This document shows positions 38,828-48,915 of a stretch of DNA of 64,000 nucleotides, one piece after another; the stretch's first letter is position 1; each line of letters starts with the position of its first letter. The position numbers were made by a program, and so were the translations under genes. The notes beneath the pieces were generated by a model that was not told the origin of the DNA, did no database searches, and saw nothing but the letters and a program-made list of their open reading frames with translations. This stretch comes from an uncultured archaeon (GTDB lineage: Archaea; Asgardarchaeota; Lokiarchaeia; Sigyniarchaeales; SOKP01), in assembly GCA_964486045.1 (NCBI GenBank), contig CAZALK010000004.1, positions 224,001 through 288,000 of the forward strand, read 5' to 3'.

Positions 38828-40339
38828 TTATTTTATTTCTGGAATTAGGATTACAAAATTGCTCCCTTTCTCAAAGTCATTTTTGACTCTATCTTCGACC
38901 CATATTTTTCCTTTATAGGAGTCAATAATTTTTTTCACTAGTGACAATCCTAAACCCATACCACGGTCACTTGTTTCTTCACTATATCTTCTCTGAAAAA
39001 CTTTCTCTTTTCTGGAATCCTCTATTCCAAATCCATTATCCATAATTTCTATTTTAATATAATTGATGTTTTCTATTTTCTCTTTGGAAATCTTTACGAG
39101 GATTTCAAGAGCTAGTTTATCATTAAATTTAATTGAATTAACTAAGATATTTTCAAATATATCTTCTAGGAGTTCATTAGCATGCACATAAAGTTTTTTA
39201 CCAATAGAATCAACTTGAATTTTTATATTTTTTTCCTGGTAAGCATTTTTTACATAAGTAATTGACTTCTCTAAAATGGTGCAAATTTCGACATTTTTAA
39301 TTAACATTTCCGTTTCATCAAGCTTTGAGAGTTTGCGGATATTAGAAACCAATGTTGCTCCTCTCTTAATTTGATTTTTTATAATGCTATAGTACTCACT
39401 TAATTTTTTTAGCTTTTCTGTTCTTCCAATTTCCATTTCACTGAGTTGTATTCCAGATAATATGTTTTGTAAAATGTTATTTATGTCATGGGTGAATAAA
39501 TCTTTGTAAAATTCTGCCCGATTATAAGCCTCACGATATTCCTTCTCAGACTTTTTTAAAGCTTCTTCAACCTTCTTCTGTTCAGTGATGTTTGTAAAAA
39601 TAACTGCAAAATGATCTTTTTTAGGAGAATACGCTATGGCATTGTACCATTGATCAAGAGGTTCTGCATAGTTTTGAAATGTCAGTGGGATTCCTGTAAG
39701 GGCCACTTTACCATACTTACCGATCCAGTCTGCAGGATCATTCTCTACTCCTGGAAGTATCTCTTTCACGGTTTTTCCGATGATGTCATGTACTTTTAAA
39801 CCTGTCAGGGCTTCAAAAGCGGCATTTGCTTCTAAAAATTGATAATCAATTGGATTATTATTTTCATCCACAATTATTTTGTGATAAGCAAATCCCCCAA
39901 TCATATTTTCAAAGAGTGAACGATAGGCTTTTTCTGATTCCTTTACTTTTTGTTCTGCTCTTACACGCTCGGTGACGTCGTTAAAAATCATTCCAAGGCC
40001 TTCAATTAATTTAAAAGCGTGTATTGATAAATGTATGTTCCCAAATTTAGGAAGTTGTTCAGCATCATCAGCATAGAATGGTTTTCCTGTTTTTATGACA
40101 TTTAAATAAGCATTATATCTCCCAGTTTTTTCAAGACCAGGGGTTATCTCAAGTATGTGTTTACCAATTACGGCCTCTCTGCGCATGTTAATAATCCGTA
40201 ACGCAGAATCGTTGATCTCACGCAATTTTAAGCTTGAATCGTAAACAAGGAAACCTTCAGTTGCGGCTTCCATGAAGTCTTTTAACTTTTTTTCACTTTC
40301 TTTTAATTTTTCCTTGGTTGACTTTTCACGTTCAGTCAT
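38828..40339 (-). CDS. Cytoplasmic PAS-PAS sensor histidine kinase
   Basis: Two PAS/PAC units; 'THDINN' H-box, 'ENILVNSIK', 'DNGFGI', 'GMGLGL'; no TM segment. Confidence 0.92.
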   Translation of the reverse strand: MTEREKSTKEKLKESEKKLKDFMEAATEGFLVYDSSLKLREINDSALRIINMRREAVIGKHILEITPGLEKTGRYNAYLNVIKTGKPFYADDAEQLPKFGNIHLSIHAFKLIEGLGMIFNDVTERVRAEQKVKESEKAYRSLFENMIGGFAYHKIIVDENNNPIDYQFLEANAAFEALTGLKVHDIIGKTVKEILPGVENDPADWIGKYGKVALTGIPLTFQNYAEPLDQWYNAIAYSPKKDHFAVIFTNITEQKKVEEALKKSEKEYREAYNRAEFYKDLFTHDINNILQNILSGIQLSEMEIGRTEKLKKLSEYYSIIKNQIKRGATLVSNIRKLSKLDETEMLIKNVEICTILEKSITYVKNAYQEKNIKIQVDSIGKKLYVHANELLEDIFENILVNSIKFNDKLALEILVKISKEKIENINYIKIEIMDNGFGIEDSRKEKVFQRRYSEETSDRGMGLGLSLVKKIIDSYKGKIWVEDRVKNDFEKGSNFVILIPEIK

Positions 40340-40431
40340 AGGTTCTATTAGAAGTAATTCCTATTTCATTCCCCCAACTCAACACAAAATAAAACAATTA
40401 AACAACAGAGAACAGATCATATAATTAACAC

Positions 40432-41364
40432 TTAATCATTTCTCTGGATAATAAAATCTTCTCTGGAGTAATCTATACCTTCAGCTTTTATTTCAAGCAG
40501 TCTTGCTGCCTGTTTTTGAATCAAAATACTATTTTCTTGTTTATTTGCAACAAAGGGGAAAATTTTATTTCCTATAATAATCTCAATTTCTTCTGGCTTT
40601 AAACTGTCATCTGAATCTTGTTTATTAGCAACTATCAAGAGTTCTGCATGTGGAATTATCTTATCCGTTATTTCTACCATCAATTTACTCTCCTCCGCAT
40701 TTTTTTGGGTTGAATCAAGGACTAAAATTACGGCATCCGATCCTAATATAAAAGATTGCCATACTTGTTGGCTTATATCTTCTTGATCAGGAATATCCCA
40801 TAATAAAATCGGCATTCCAAATAGATCTGCCTTATACTTCTTTAACTGAGTAGTTTCTTTATACTTTTTTGGCATTTTCCCACTTTTAATCATCTCAGTT
40901 ATATGAGATTTTCCAACAAAGTCATAACCGATTACGCTAATCTTTGCAGGTCTTAGCATTAGCAGATCATCGATCAATGGGGAACATTTGGAATCGAGAA
41001 GTTTTTTATTTTCTTCTGAGATTTTTCCTGCTGTAGATACGCCTGTTTTTTCTAAAAACGTTCTTAAAATTTTTAGAATCTTATGCATTTTAGGAAATAT
41101 TTGCTCTGGAAGTGAGGAATCATCATACGTTAGTGATATAAACAAGGGAATTGGATTTTTCATTTTATAACAAATAATTTTCAATGTTATGATATCTATT
41201 ACGAGATCTTCTTCATAAAAACCCCTTGAAGTTAATTCCTCATCAATATTCTTGAGCATTTGCGGTAAAACTTCGGGATTTCTAAATGAAACAGCAAAAT
41301 CTTTATGTAAATATATCTCTTCGCCTTTTAAAATAGTAATATTTTTTAACAATCTTTTATCCAC
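40432..41364 (-). CDS. N-terminal (possibly longin-like) domain + degenerate Arf/Ras-like GTPase
   Basis: 'VIGYDFVGKS', 'LWDIPDQ', 'VILVLDS', 'ANKQD'; GTG start. Confidence 0.75.
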   Translation of the reverse strand: MDKRLLKNITILKGEEIYLHKDFAVSFRNPEVLPQMLKNIDEELTSRGFYEEDLVIDIITLKIICYKMKNPIPLFISLTYDDSSLPEQIFPKMHKILKILRTFLEKTGVSTAGKISEENKKLLDSKCSPLIDDLLMLRPAKISVIGYDFVGKSHITEMIKSGKMPKKYKETTQLKKYKADLFGMPILLWDIPDQEDISQQVWQSFILGSDAVILVLDSTQKNAEESKLMVEITDKIIPHAELLIVANKQDSDDSLKPEEIEIIIGNKIFPFVANKQENSILIQKQAARLLEIKAEGIDYSREDFIIQRND

Positions 41365-41519
41365 TCCTAATTTTCACTATTAATCTAAAAATATTTATTA
41401 AAATGTAATAATATAGTAAAAAGCGTTATTTTAAAGTTAAGTTAAAACAAAAGTTATAATCACGAGTGCGAATCGAAAAAAATTATTAGATATAAACCAT
41501 TATCTTTCACTACTCATCA

Positions 41520-42083
41520 ATGAAAGAATTTAAAATTAGTGATCTCTTTACAGTTAAATTGGAAGATAACAAAACTATAATATACATCTCCAATAAAAAA
41601 GTTATTCAATGTAAATACCTATTACTAAATGATAATGATGTTGGCAGTAAAACTGAAAATGATAGTTTGGCTAAATTATCAATAGATACTCAATCTAAAA
41701 ATTTGAATCATTCTTTAGAATTGATTGATGAAAATGATATCCCTCCTGAAGTTGAGTTTTGGGCACATTCATCAAATTTACAAGCATGGTACGAGCATGA
41801 ATACGACACGCAATTACTTCATAGTAATTTAGCATTCCCACTATTGAAGAAATTAGCTCAAGCAGGTGACCTCATGGCTAAGCGAGCATTTAAAAAAGAA
41901 ATTAAAAAGAGATTTCGCGAAGGGGACTTAAATGTCATGACTTTCTTGGTTATAGAAGGTTATTTGGATGAGTTAAGTATAGAAGAATCAGAGAATTTGT
42001 ATGAAGAATTAGATTTCGAGGTATATAAAAGACTTCTAGAGCGTTTAAGGGAAACGGAAAAAAGAGAAGTTTTCATTGATTAA
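41520..42083 (+). CDS. Lokiarchaeal conserved hypothetical domain protein
   Basis: 'PEVEFWAHSSNLQAWYEHEYDTQLLHSNLAFPLLKKL' is a module I recall from the N-termini of lokiarchaeal LRR proteins. Confidence 0.65.
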   Translation: MKEFKISDLFTVKLEDNKTIIYISNKKVIQCKYLLLNDNDVGSKTENDSLAKLSIDTQSKNLNHSLELIDENDIPPEVEFWAHSSNLQAWYEHEYDTQLLHSNLAFPLLKKLAQAGDLMAKRAFKKEIKKRFREGDLNVMTFLVIEGYLDELSIEESENLYEELDFEVYKRLLERLRETEKREVFID

Positions 42084-42137
42084 AAACTTCATTCTAAATA
42101 ACCCATCCCCAAATTTTCCAGTTCTAAATGTTAAAAA

Positions 42138-43187
42138 TTAATATCCTTCCTTTAAATCTACGATATTAAGAAAATCAGTCCTATCTTCTGCCATACGTTT
42201 GATATTCTCAATTACTTCATCCCAAGGGAAGTTTACCATGGGTGAAGCGGCTCGGTGGGGGGAGAGGACCACATTACTTAAATTTTGGAAGGGGCATGAA
42301 AAGGGGTATTTTTTTCCATCACTATCTTCCTTTGGAGAATAATTCCATAAAACATCTATTGCCGCTCCTGCTATTATATTATCATATAACGCTGTATAAA
42401 GAGATTCTTCATCAATAATCGCACCACGTCCAACATTTACAAGTAAGCCATCATGCCCAAGAAACTTCAACTCTTCCAGTCTAATCATTCCTTCCGTTTG
42501 GGAGGTTAAAGGAGCTGCAATAATAAGAGTGTCTATTTCCTTCAAAAATTCGTGGAGCTCTGGAAAGAGGAATTTTTTGATAGTTGTTGGAGGTGTTTCT
42601 GTTTGTTTATCCCAATTTTTTCTTAATGCCGAAAACTCTACTTTAAAACCTGAAAGAAAACGGTGAACCCATGAATTAATTGCTCCATACCCTAACAGTC
42701 CTATTTTTCTCGATTTTAGTGGAATTGTAGCAGCATCGCTATCATTTTTTCGCCATTGACCATTACTCAACCAGTTGTGATGAGGGATTATCTTATTGAG
42801 AAGAGTTAGTAACATTGCTACTGCGTGTTGCGCACAGGGATATGCATGACCATGTCCGTTTACTAGGACAACTTTTCTGGTTTTATTTACTTCACGAAAT
42901 ATGGAAATTATTCTTTGAACTCCTGTTCCGGGATTTATATATAATTTTACTTTCTTAGCATTCTGAAAAAGATCATTGGGAGGGCGCCAACCTACAATTA
43001 CATCAGCTCGCGGTAGTAGCTGTTTCAATTCTTGACTGGTTCTTGAATAGTCTTTTGCGAAAAGGAAGTTTACTTGCGGAATATCACTAAACTGTTCTAC
43101 TAATGTTTTTCTGGCAATTTGAGGGAGATCCCAAATAAAAAGTACGTTTATATCTTTGACAAATTTCCTTTGACTAACTTTAAACAC
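42138..43187 (-). CDS. D-2-hydroxyacid dehydrogenase family
   Basis: 'GLLGYGAIN', 'PLTSQTEGMI', 'VNVGRG', 'AAIDV', 'SPHRA'. Confidence 0.88.
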   Translation of the reverse strand: MFKVSQRKFVKDINVLFIWDLPQIARKTLVEQFSDIPQVNFLFAKDYSRTSQELKQLLPRADVIVGWRPPNDLFQNAKKVKLYINPGTGVQRIISIFREVNKTRKVVLVNGHGHAYPCAQHAVAMLLTLLNKIIPHHNWLSNGQWRKNDSDAATIPLKSRKIGLLGYGAINSWVHRFLSGFKVEFSALRKNWDKQTETPPTTIKKFLFPELHEFLKEIDTLIIAAPLTSQTEGMIRLEELKFLGHDGLLVNVGRGAIIDEESLYTALYDNIIAGAAIDVLWNYSPKEDSDGKKYPFSCPFQNLSNVVLSPHRAASPMVNFPWDEVIENIKRMAEDRTDFLNIVDLKEGY

Positions 43188-43413
43188 CTTAATTTAATTA
43201 TAAAAAGAATATTCTAGTGTGTTAAGTAAATCATTACTGGATTTATTTTTTTCTTACCAAATATTTAGAGATTATTTTTTATCTTTTTCCAGATTAATAC
43301 TTATTTTATTATATTTGAGGAATCCCTTTTAAAATAACTATATTCTCGTAATTGAAATATTAATAAAGGAAAAACAGGTTAAAAAGAAATTTTTTAATCT
43401 ATTTAATGAAAAA

Positions 43414-44589
43414 TCAATCTGTGAAGTAGAGATGTTCATCGTGTCCTGTTGTTTTTAGCAGATCTTGTCCAAGCTTCTGAATCGCGTTCTTAGTTGGGGT
43501 TTGCAGTATTTTCCTCGATATATTAATAACTTTAGCTAATTTAGTGTCAGCAAACTCCCTGACGATATTATCGTAACGAGAGAAGTCTAACCCAGCTGTA
43601 TAAACTCCTGTAGTACCATGACTCGCTTGAGAAGAGACTTGCCAATGTTCTACCTTGAGTTCAATCTTAGATAGTAAAGCCGAACAGAAAAACCATTCTA
43701 AATATAAATTCTGTCTTTTTGATTTTCTTTTAGTTGTTTGGAGCATCTTTAATGCTTTATTTAATCTATCAGGGTGTATCTGTCCAAATACCCTTTCATA
43801 ATGATCCTTCATATTTTCTTTCACATGGGATCGAATCATTTGCATAATTACTTCAACTTTTTTTGCTCTTTCTCCAGTTACTTCATGTTGAATTGATTGA
43901 ATATGCTGATCAATTGCATTCTGGGTTGCTTGACTGTTTTCTATAGTAGTAGAAGGTTGATTTGAGCTTCCACCTGATTGATTTCTTGATGGGGGTCTAC
44001 CCATTTGTTGTACTTCTTCCGGTATACTTATAATTTCTTTGGGGGGTAAGGTAAATAATGCTTCTAATTTTGAGGGATCTTCTTTAACTTCTTTGAATTT
44101 TTCTTGAATATCTTGATGAGAATATCCTATCTGGTTAAGATAAAATGCAGCGCTTGAGAGTTGATTTTCTAGTGCTGCAGAAGTGCCACCTGGTGCTCCA
44201 AACTCTTTTTCTATTTGTTCATCTGCAATATTACTAATTTTAGCCTCTTTAATGTCATTTAACTTTAAAGATCCCAGCTTAGTCAGAATATACTGAATCT
44301 GATTAGAAGCTAAGTAGCTTAAATTACCAGTAGGACCAATCATATACGATATTTTTTCCATTTTTTTGAGAACTTCAGCAAGATCTTCTTGTTTCTTCCC
44401 TTTTGATATGATTAAGAAATGTTCTAAGAAATTTTGGTCAAAACCCGCAATAATTTTTAGATATTTTTCGTCGTACTTATTAAGATGCTCGTGCAATTTC
44501 CTTCCTTCAAGGTCTGAGGGTAAAGTGATTTGATATACCAGAATATTGTCGGCAATCATATACACATAGTCTGAACTTTGCATAAGCAT
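43414..44589 (-). CDS. Hypothetical protein
   Basis: 391-aa ORF with a central S/Q/N-rich linker; no recognised motif. Confidence 0.75.
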   Translation of the reverse strand: MLMQSSDYVYMIADNILVYQITLPSDLEGRKLHEHLNKYDEKYLKIIAGFDQNFLEHFLIISKGKKQEDLAEVLKKMEKISYMIGPTGNLSYLASNQIQYILTKLGSLKLNDIKEAKISNIADEQIEKEFGAPGGTSAALENQLSSAAFYLNQIGYSHQDIQEKFKEVKEDPSKLEALFTLPPKEIISIPEEVQQMGRPPSRNQSGGSSNQPSTTIENSQATQNAIDQHIQSIQHEVTGERAKKVEVIMQMIRSHVKENMKDHYERVFGQIHPDRLNKALKMLQTTKRKSKRQNLYLEWFFCSALLSKIELKVEHWQVSSQASHGTTGVYTAGLDFSRYDNIVREFADTKLAKVINISRKILQTPTKNAIQKLGQDLLKTTGHDEHLYFTD

Positions 44590-44663
44590 CTATCCCTTTT
44601 AGTAATTTTGCTATAAAGAAAAAAATATTCTTAATAATTAAATAAATTACGTTCTTAAATATT

Positions 44664-45158
44664 TTACATTATAGTTTTTTGATATTTTCTAGCTATTTTT
44701 CGTGCTAAATCCATCTGTTCTTTTGTTTCTAAACAACATGATCTTAATTTACGAATCCATTTTACTGGATCTATTCCATTAGGTATATAACCATTATAAG
44801 CTGCCCAGGTTACAATCATTAAACCTGACCTTCCACAACCAGCTACACAATGAACTACTACTGGTTCATTATTTGTACTACTCTCACTAGTTATTTTAAA
44901 AAATCTTCTTATTTGTGCTTCTGTGGGTGTACCAAAGTCTGCAATATTGACATGGAGATACTTGAATTCCTTTGGTATATCTTCCTTGTTATCAAATTCA
45001 GAACAATTTATTATTACTTTAATTCCTTCTTTTCGATAGGTTTCGATTACTGACGGATCTGGCCACCAAGAAGCTGCCATTTTTCCTTTAATTATCCAAG
45101 TAAAAGGTTCTGTTCGTTCGGGCATTCCATTCTTTGGCCAATACCATGGACGAACCAT
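44664..45158 (-). CDS. Dual-specificity protein phosphatase
   Basis: 'VHCVAGCGRSG' (HCX5R) and 'IADFGTP' acid loop. Confidence 0.9.
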   Translation of the reverse strand: MVRPWYWPKNGMPERTEPFTWIIKGKMAASWWPDPSVIETYRKEGIKVIINCSEFDNKEDIPKEFKYLHVNIADFGTPTEAQIRRFFKITSESSTNNEPVVVHCVAGCGRSGLMIVTWAAYNGYIPNGIDPVKWIRKLRSCCLETKEQMDLARKIARKYQKTIM

Positions 45159-45235
45159 ATTATTTCAGCAAATCATTAATCTTTATAATTTGTCAATTCC
45201 AATACTATTTAAAGTATATTGTAAAATGTAAAGTT

Positions 45236-45706
45236 ATGGTTGATAGGGAAAAACTTACTGCTTTTGATACAAGACGATATCCAATACGTCCTCACGTCGG
45301 TGTTGGCATTCTTCTGGTTAGAAATAAACATTTACTTTTAATTAAAAGAAAATATAACCCCGACGCGGGGTATTGGTCAATCCCCGGGGGGCATCTAGAT
45401 ATAGGAGAAGAAGTTGAAAAAGCTGCTAAAAGAGAGGGATTTGAGGAAACTGGTTTTAAAGTAAAAGTTACTAAATTAGCAGGCATTATCGATAAGATTA
45501 TGTATGATGATGATGGGAAAATCGAATACCATTATGTTCTTCTCAATTTTTTTGTAGAACAAATAGAAGGAGATAGTAATCAAGCACCTATTGCAGATGA
45601 TGATGCTTTGGATGCTAAATTTGTCCCTTTTAATGAATTAAAGGAATATGAATTAACAACATCACTAATTAAATTACTAAAACAATTGAAAATTGGATTT
45701 GAATAG
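45236..45706 (+). CDS. NUDIX hydrolase
   Basis: 'PGGHLDIGEEVEKAAKREGFEETG' Nudix box; start reassigned to 45236. Confidence 0.9.
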   Translation: MVDREKLTAFDTRRYPIRPHVGVGILLVRNKHLLLIKRKYNPDAGYWSIPGGHLDIGEEVEKAAKREGFEETGFKVKVTKLAGIIDKIMYDDDGKIEYHYVLLNFFVEQIEGDSNQAPIADDDALDAKFVPFNELKEYELTTSLIKLLKQLKIGFE

Positions 45707-45846
45707 TTTAATTATTAAAAAAAAAGTTACAATTTTGTAGTAATCTATTTAGTAATTCGGATTAAAAAAATACTAGTGCAATAATTAAGTATTTTACAAA
45801 TATTGTTTTATTTTCTAAATAATAATCAAACTTGGGAGATTTCATT

Positions 45847-47256
45847 ATGATTGATTTCGAAAAATTATTCAACCCCAGAAGTATTGGGATCATTGGTGTT
45901 AATGAAAAACGTGCTGGTAGATATTGGTTAAGTTGTCTTCAAAATTTTGGTTTCGAAAATCCTATATACCTCTTTAATCCCCGCTTAAAAGGAAAATTTA
46001 TAGCAGATATTCCTGTCTATGGTTCGGTTCTAGAAATACCTGATGATAAGCCCATTGATTATGTAATTATCGCTGTTCCGGCAAGGTTTTGTCCCGCTGT
46101 TCTAGAAGAATGTGGAAAGAAAGGAGTTTCATTTGCAACCATATTTGCATCTGGATTTTCTGAGGTAGGGAATCGCCATTTAGAAGTAGAGGTTCTTGAA
46201 GTTGTAAAAAAGTATAATATAAGAGTAATAGGTCCAAATTGTATGGGAATTTTTGTTCCAAAAAACAACATCTCTTTTACTCCTGGTCTTCTTTCTAAAG
46301 AATCGGGCAATTTTGGTGGAATTTTTCAGTCTGGAGGGTTAGCTATTTATATTTCAGCAAAGGGGCAGTCGATCTATGGAACAAATCCAAGTAAGATTCT
46401 TTCAATTGGAAATCAGATCGATTTGAATTTTGTTGATTTTTTGCAATATTTTCTAGAAGATGATGAAACGAAAATCATTGCACTTTATGTAGAAAACATA
46501 AAAAGTCAGGCAATAGGCAGAAAATTTTTGAATATAGTTAAAAAATTGACACTTAAGGGGAAACCGGTGATCCTTTGGAAAGTTGGAAGTGGTGAAGCTA
46601 CAAAAGAGACAATTATGTCTCATACTGGGGGTTTAGCGGGATCTTTAAAAATCTGGGAGGCTATGACCAAACAAACTGGGGCTTTAATGGTTAAAGATTC
46701 AAATGAACTAATTAACTTAGCTATGCTTTTTCAGAACATCAGCAACATGTCTATGAATAGAAATATGGGGATTACTACAGGAGGGGGTGGTGCTTCAATT
46801 GAAACTACTGATACTTTTGAAAGGAATAATTTAAATATTCCCAAATTTGCGCCAGAAACTGCTGACAAATTTCGAGAATTTGTTCCTGATGTAAATACTA
46901 TCTTTCGAAACCCACTTGATCTAGGAGGAAGCATGGGAAATCCGGAGATTTTTTATAAATCACTTTTGACATTAGACTCGGATCCAAATATTTCTGCTGT
47001 AATTTTCATTAAAGTGTATGACTTTAATCATATCTTTCTCCAAACAATTAAACGGGCTTATAAAGAGATGAAAAAACCTCTTATATGTATAGCTTATAAA
47101 ATTGTCGACGATACGAGTGATTATGCAAATAAAATACTTTTTAAACGGGAATTATTCAAACTAAAGATTCCCGTATTCGAGTCTGTTGCTTTGGCCGCTA
47201 AATCTTTAGATAAAATGTGCACTTTCAGAGAATTTCAAGATACGCATAACTTATAA
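45847..47256 (+). CDS. ADP-forming acyl-CoA synthetase, alpha-type subunit
   Basis: 'LFNPRSIGIIG', 'IGPNCMG', 'QSGG', 'SHTGGLAG', 'NPLDL'; no ATP-grasp beta domain in the ORF. Confidence 0.88.
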   Translation: MIDFEKLFNPRSIGIIGVNEKRAGRYWLSCLQNFGFENPIYLFNPRLKGKFIADIPVYGSVLEIPDDKPIDYVIIAVPARFCPAVLEECGKKGVSFATIFASGFSEVGNRHLEVEVLEVVKKYNIRVIGPNCMGIFVPKNNISFTPGLLSKESGNFGGIFQSGGLAIYISAKGQSIYGTNPSKILSIGNQIDLNFVDFLQYFLEDDETKIIALYVENIKSQAIGRKFLNIVKKLTLKGKPVILWKVGSGEATKETIMSHTGGLAGSLKIWEAMTKQTGALMVKDSNELINLAMLFQNISNMSMNRNMGITTGGGGASIETTDTFERNNLNIPKFAPETADKFREFVPDVNTIFRNPLDLGGSMGNPEIFYKSLLTLDSDPNISAVIFIKVYDFNHIFLQTIKRAYKEMKKPLICIAYKIVDDTSDYANKILFKRELFKLKIPVFESVALAAKSLDKMCTFREFQDTHNL

Positions 47257-47428
47257 CAGAATAATTCTAATTTTTTTTTAATATTTTCCCTTTTTTCATA
47301 TTTAATTTTTGTTTAATAATTCATTTTTAGTTTAGAAGACAAAAGAATATAATTTTGTTATAATTATTGTGTAATAGAGATAATTTTACCCTATTAAGAA
47401 TGAATTAATGAATTAGAGGTATAACAGC

Positions 47429-48748
47429 TTGTCTACATTAATGAGAATTGCTAGGAATGGGAATTATACTAAAGAAATGGAGATTGTTTCTCAAATTGAG
47501 AAAGTCGATGTAGAATTCATACGACGGGGTGTTGAGAAGGGAAGAATAATCATTGCTAAATCAAATCGACGAGAATTGGATACCCCATTAGGGATTGGTA
47601 AGGGTTTATTAGTTAAAATTAATGCTAATGTTGGTTCTTCAAAGACTCATTTTGATATCAATGAAGAAGTAGAAAAAGCTAAGATCGCTGTAAAATTTGG
47701 GGCAGATACAGTTATGGATTTAAGCACTGGTGTTACCGAAGCTGACATAATTTCCATTAGGAAAAGAATAATTGATGAGGTTAAAGTCCCTTTAGGAACA
47801 GTTCCCATCTATCAAACTGCTCTAAGAGCTCTTGAGAATAAAGGAGCAATCATCCACATGGATGAGGATGACATGTTTAATGTTGTCGAAGAACAAGCAA
47901 AGGAAGGAGTCGATTTTTTCACTATTCATGTTGGGGTAACCCGAGAAATTGTTAATTTTCTAATAAAACACCCCAGGTTGATGGGAGTAGTTTCTAGAGG
48001 TGGAACATTCTTAGCATCATGGATCTTAGAAAATAATATGGAAAACCCTTTCAATAGAAGATATGATTATCTACTAGAGATGGCTCAAGAATACGATTTC
48101 ACACTTTCTCTCGGGGATGGAATGAGACCAGGCAGTATATTTGACTCAACTGATTTCGCACAGGTCCAAGAGCTATTAGAAATTTCTAAATTAGTAAAAC
48201 GAGCATGGGCTGCTGATGTCCAAGTTATGGTTGAAGGCCCAGGTCACATCCCTGCGAATGAAATTGAAAGAAATGTCAAAATGCAGAAATCATTATGTGA
48301 TGAAGCGCCATTTTATGTATTAGGTCCGCTTGTGACTGATATTGCCCCCGGATATGATGATATAGTGGGGGCTATTGGAGGTGTAATCGCGGGATTAGCT
48401 GGTGCTGATTATCTATGCTATGTTACCCCCGCTGAACATTTAGGGTTGCCCACCATAGATGATGTAAAGAGAGGTGTTATCTCATCCAAAATTGCTGCTC
48501 ATGCTGTTAATATCGCGCGATATGGGAAACGAGCTTCAGACTGGGATTATAGGATGGATATCGCAAGAAAGGAACTTGACTGGGAAGGCATGATTGAACA
48601 AGCAATTGATCCAGAACTAGCTAGAGAGATACATTACCGAAATGGTTGTGCTGAAGAAGATGGAGATGTATGTAGCATGTGTGGAGAATTCTGTGCGATA
48701 AAACTATTAAAAGATACTCTAGAAAGTAAAAGAAATTCTGCTTTATAA
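47429..48748 (+). CDS. thiC: Phosphomethylpyrimidine synthase
   Basis: 'KINANVG', 'ADTVMDLSTG', 'VSRGG', 'EGPGH', 'CYVTPAEHL', 'CSMCGEFC'; adjacent to thiD. Confidence 0.93.
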   Translation: MSTLMRIARNGNYTKEMEIVSQIEKVDVEFIRRGVEKGRIIIAKSNRRELDTPLGIGKGLLVKINANVGSSKTHFDINEEVEKAKIAVKFGADTVMDLSTGVTEADIISIRKRIIDEVKVPLGTVPIYQTALRALENKGAIIHMDEDDMFNVVEEQAKEGVDFFTIHVGVTREIVNFLIKHPRLMGVVSRGGTFLASWILENNMENPFNRRYDYLLEMAQEYDFTLSLGDGMRPGSIFDSTDFAQVQELLEISKLVKRAWAADVQVMVEGPGHIPANEIERNVKMQKSLCDEAPFYVLGPLVTDIAPGYDDIVGAIGGVIAGLAGADYLCYVTPAEHLGLPTIDDVKRGVISSKIAAHAVNIARYGKRASDWDYRMDIARKELDWEGMIEQAIDPELAREIHYRNGCAEEDGDVCSMCGEFCAIKLLKDTLESKRNSAL

Positions 48749-48915
48749 GTTGAATATCCGATACTATACTCATTTTTATCAACTACTAATTTTTTCGCTT
48801 ATTAGGTAGGCTTTCTTTCCCAGATTTTTATTGACCAGAAAATGGTGAATTCCTTTTATTTCAATAAAACTTTAAGAAATTTTTTATAAAATTAAGGTAT
48901 AATTTACTAAGGGAA

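Noticed and set aside
47257-47428. TPP riboswitch upstream of thiC or between thiC and thiD
   Set aside because: No CTGAGA core or GC-rich stems; the leader is almost entirely A/T
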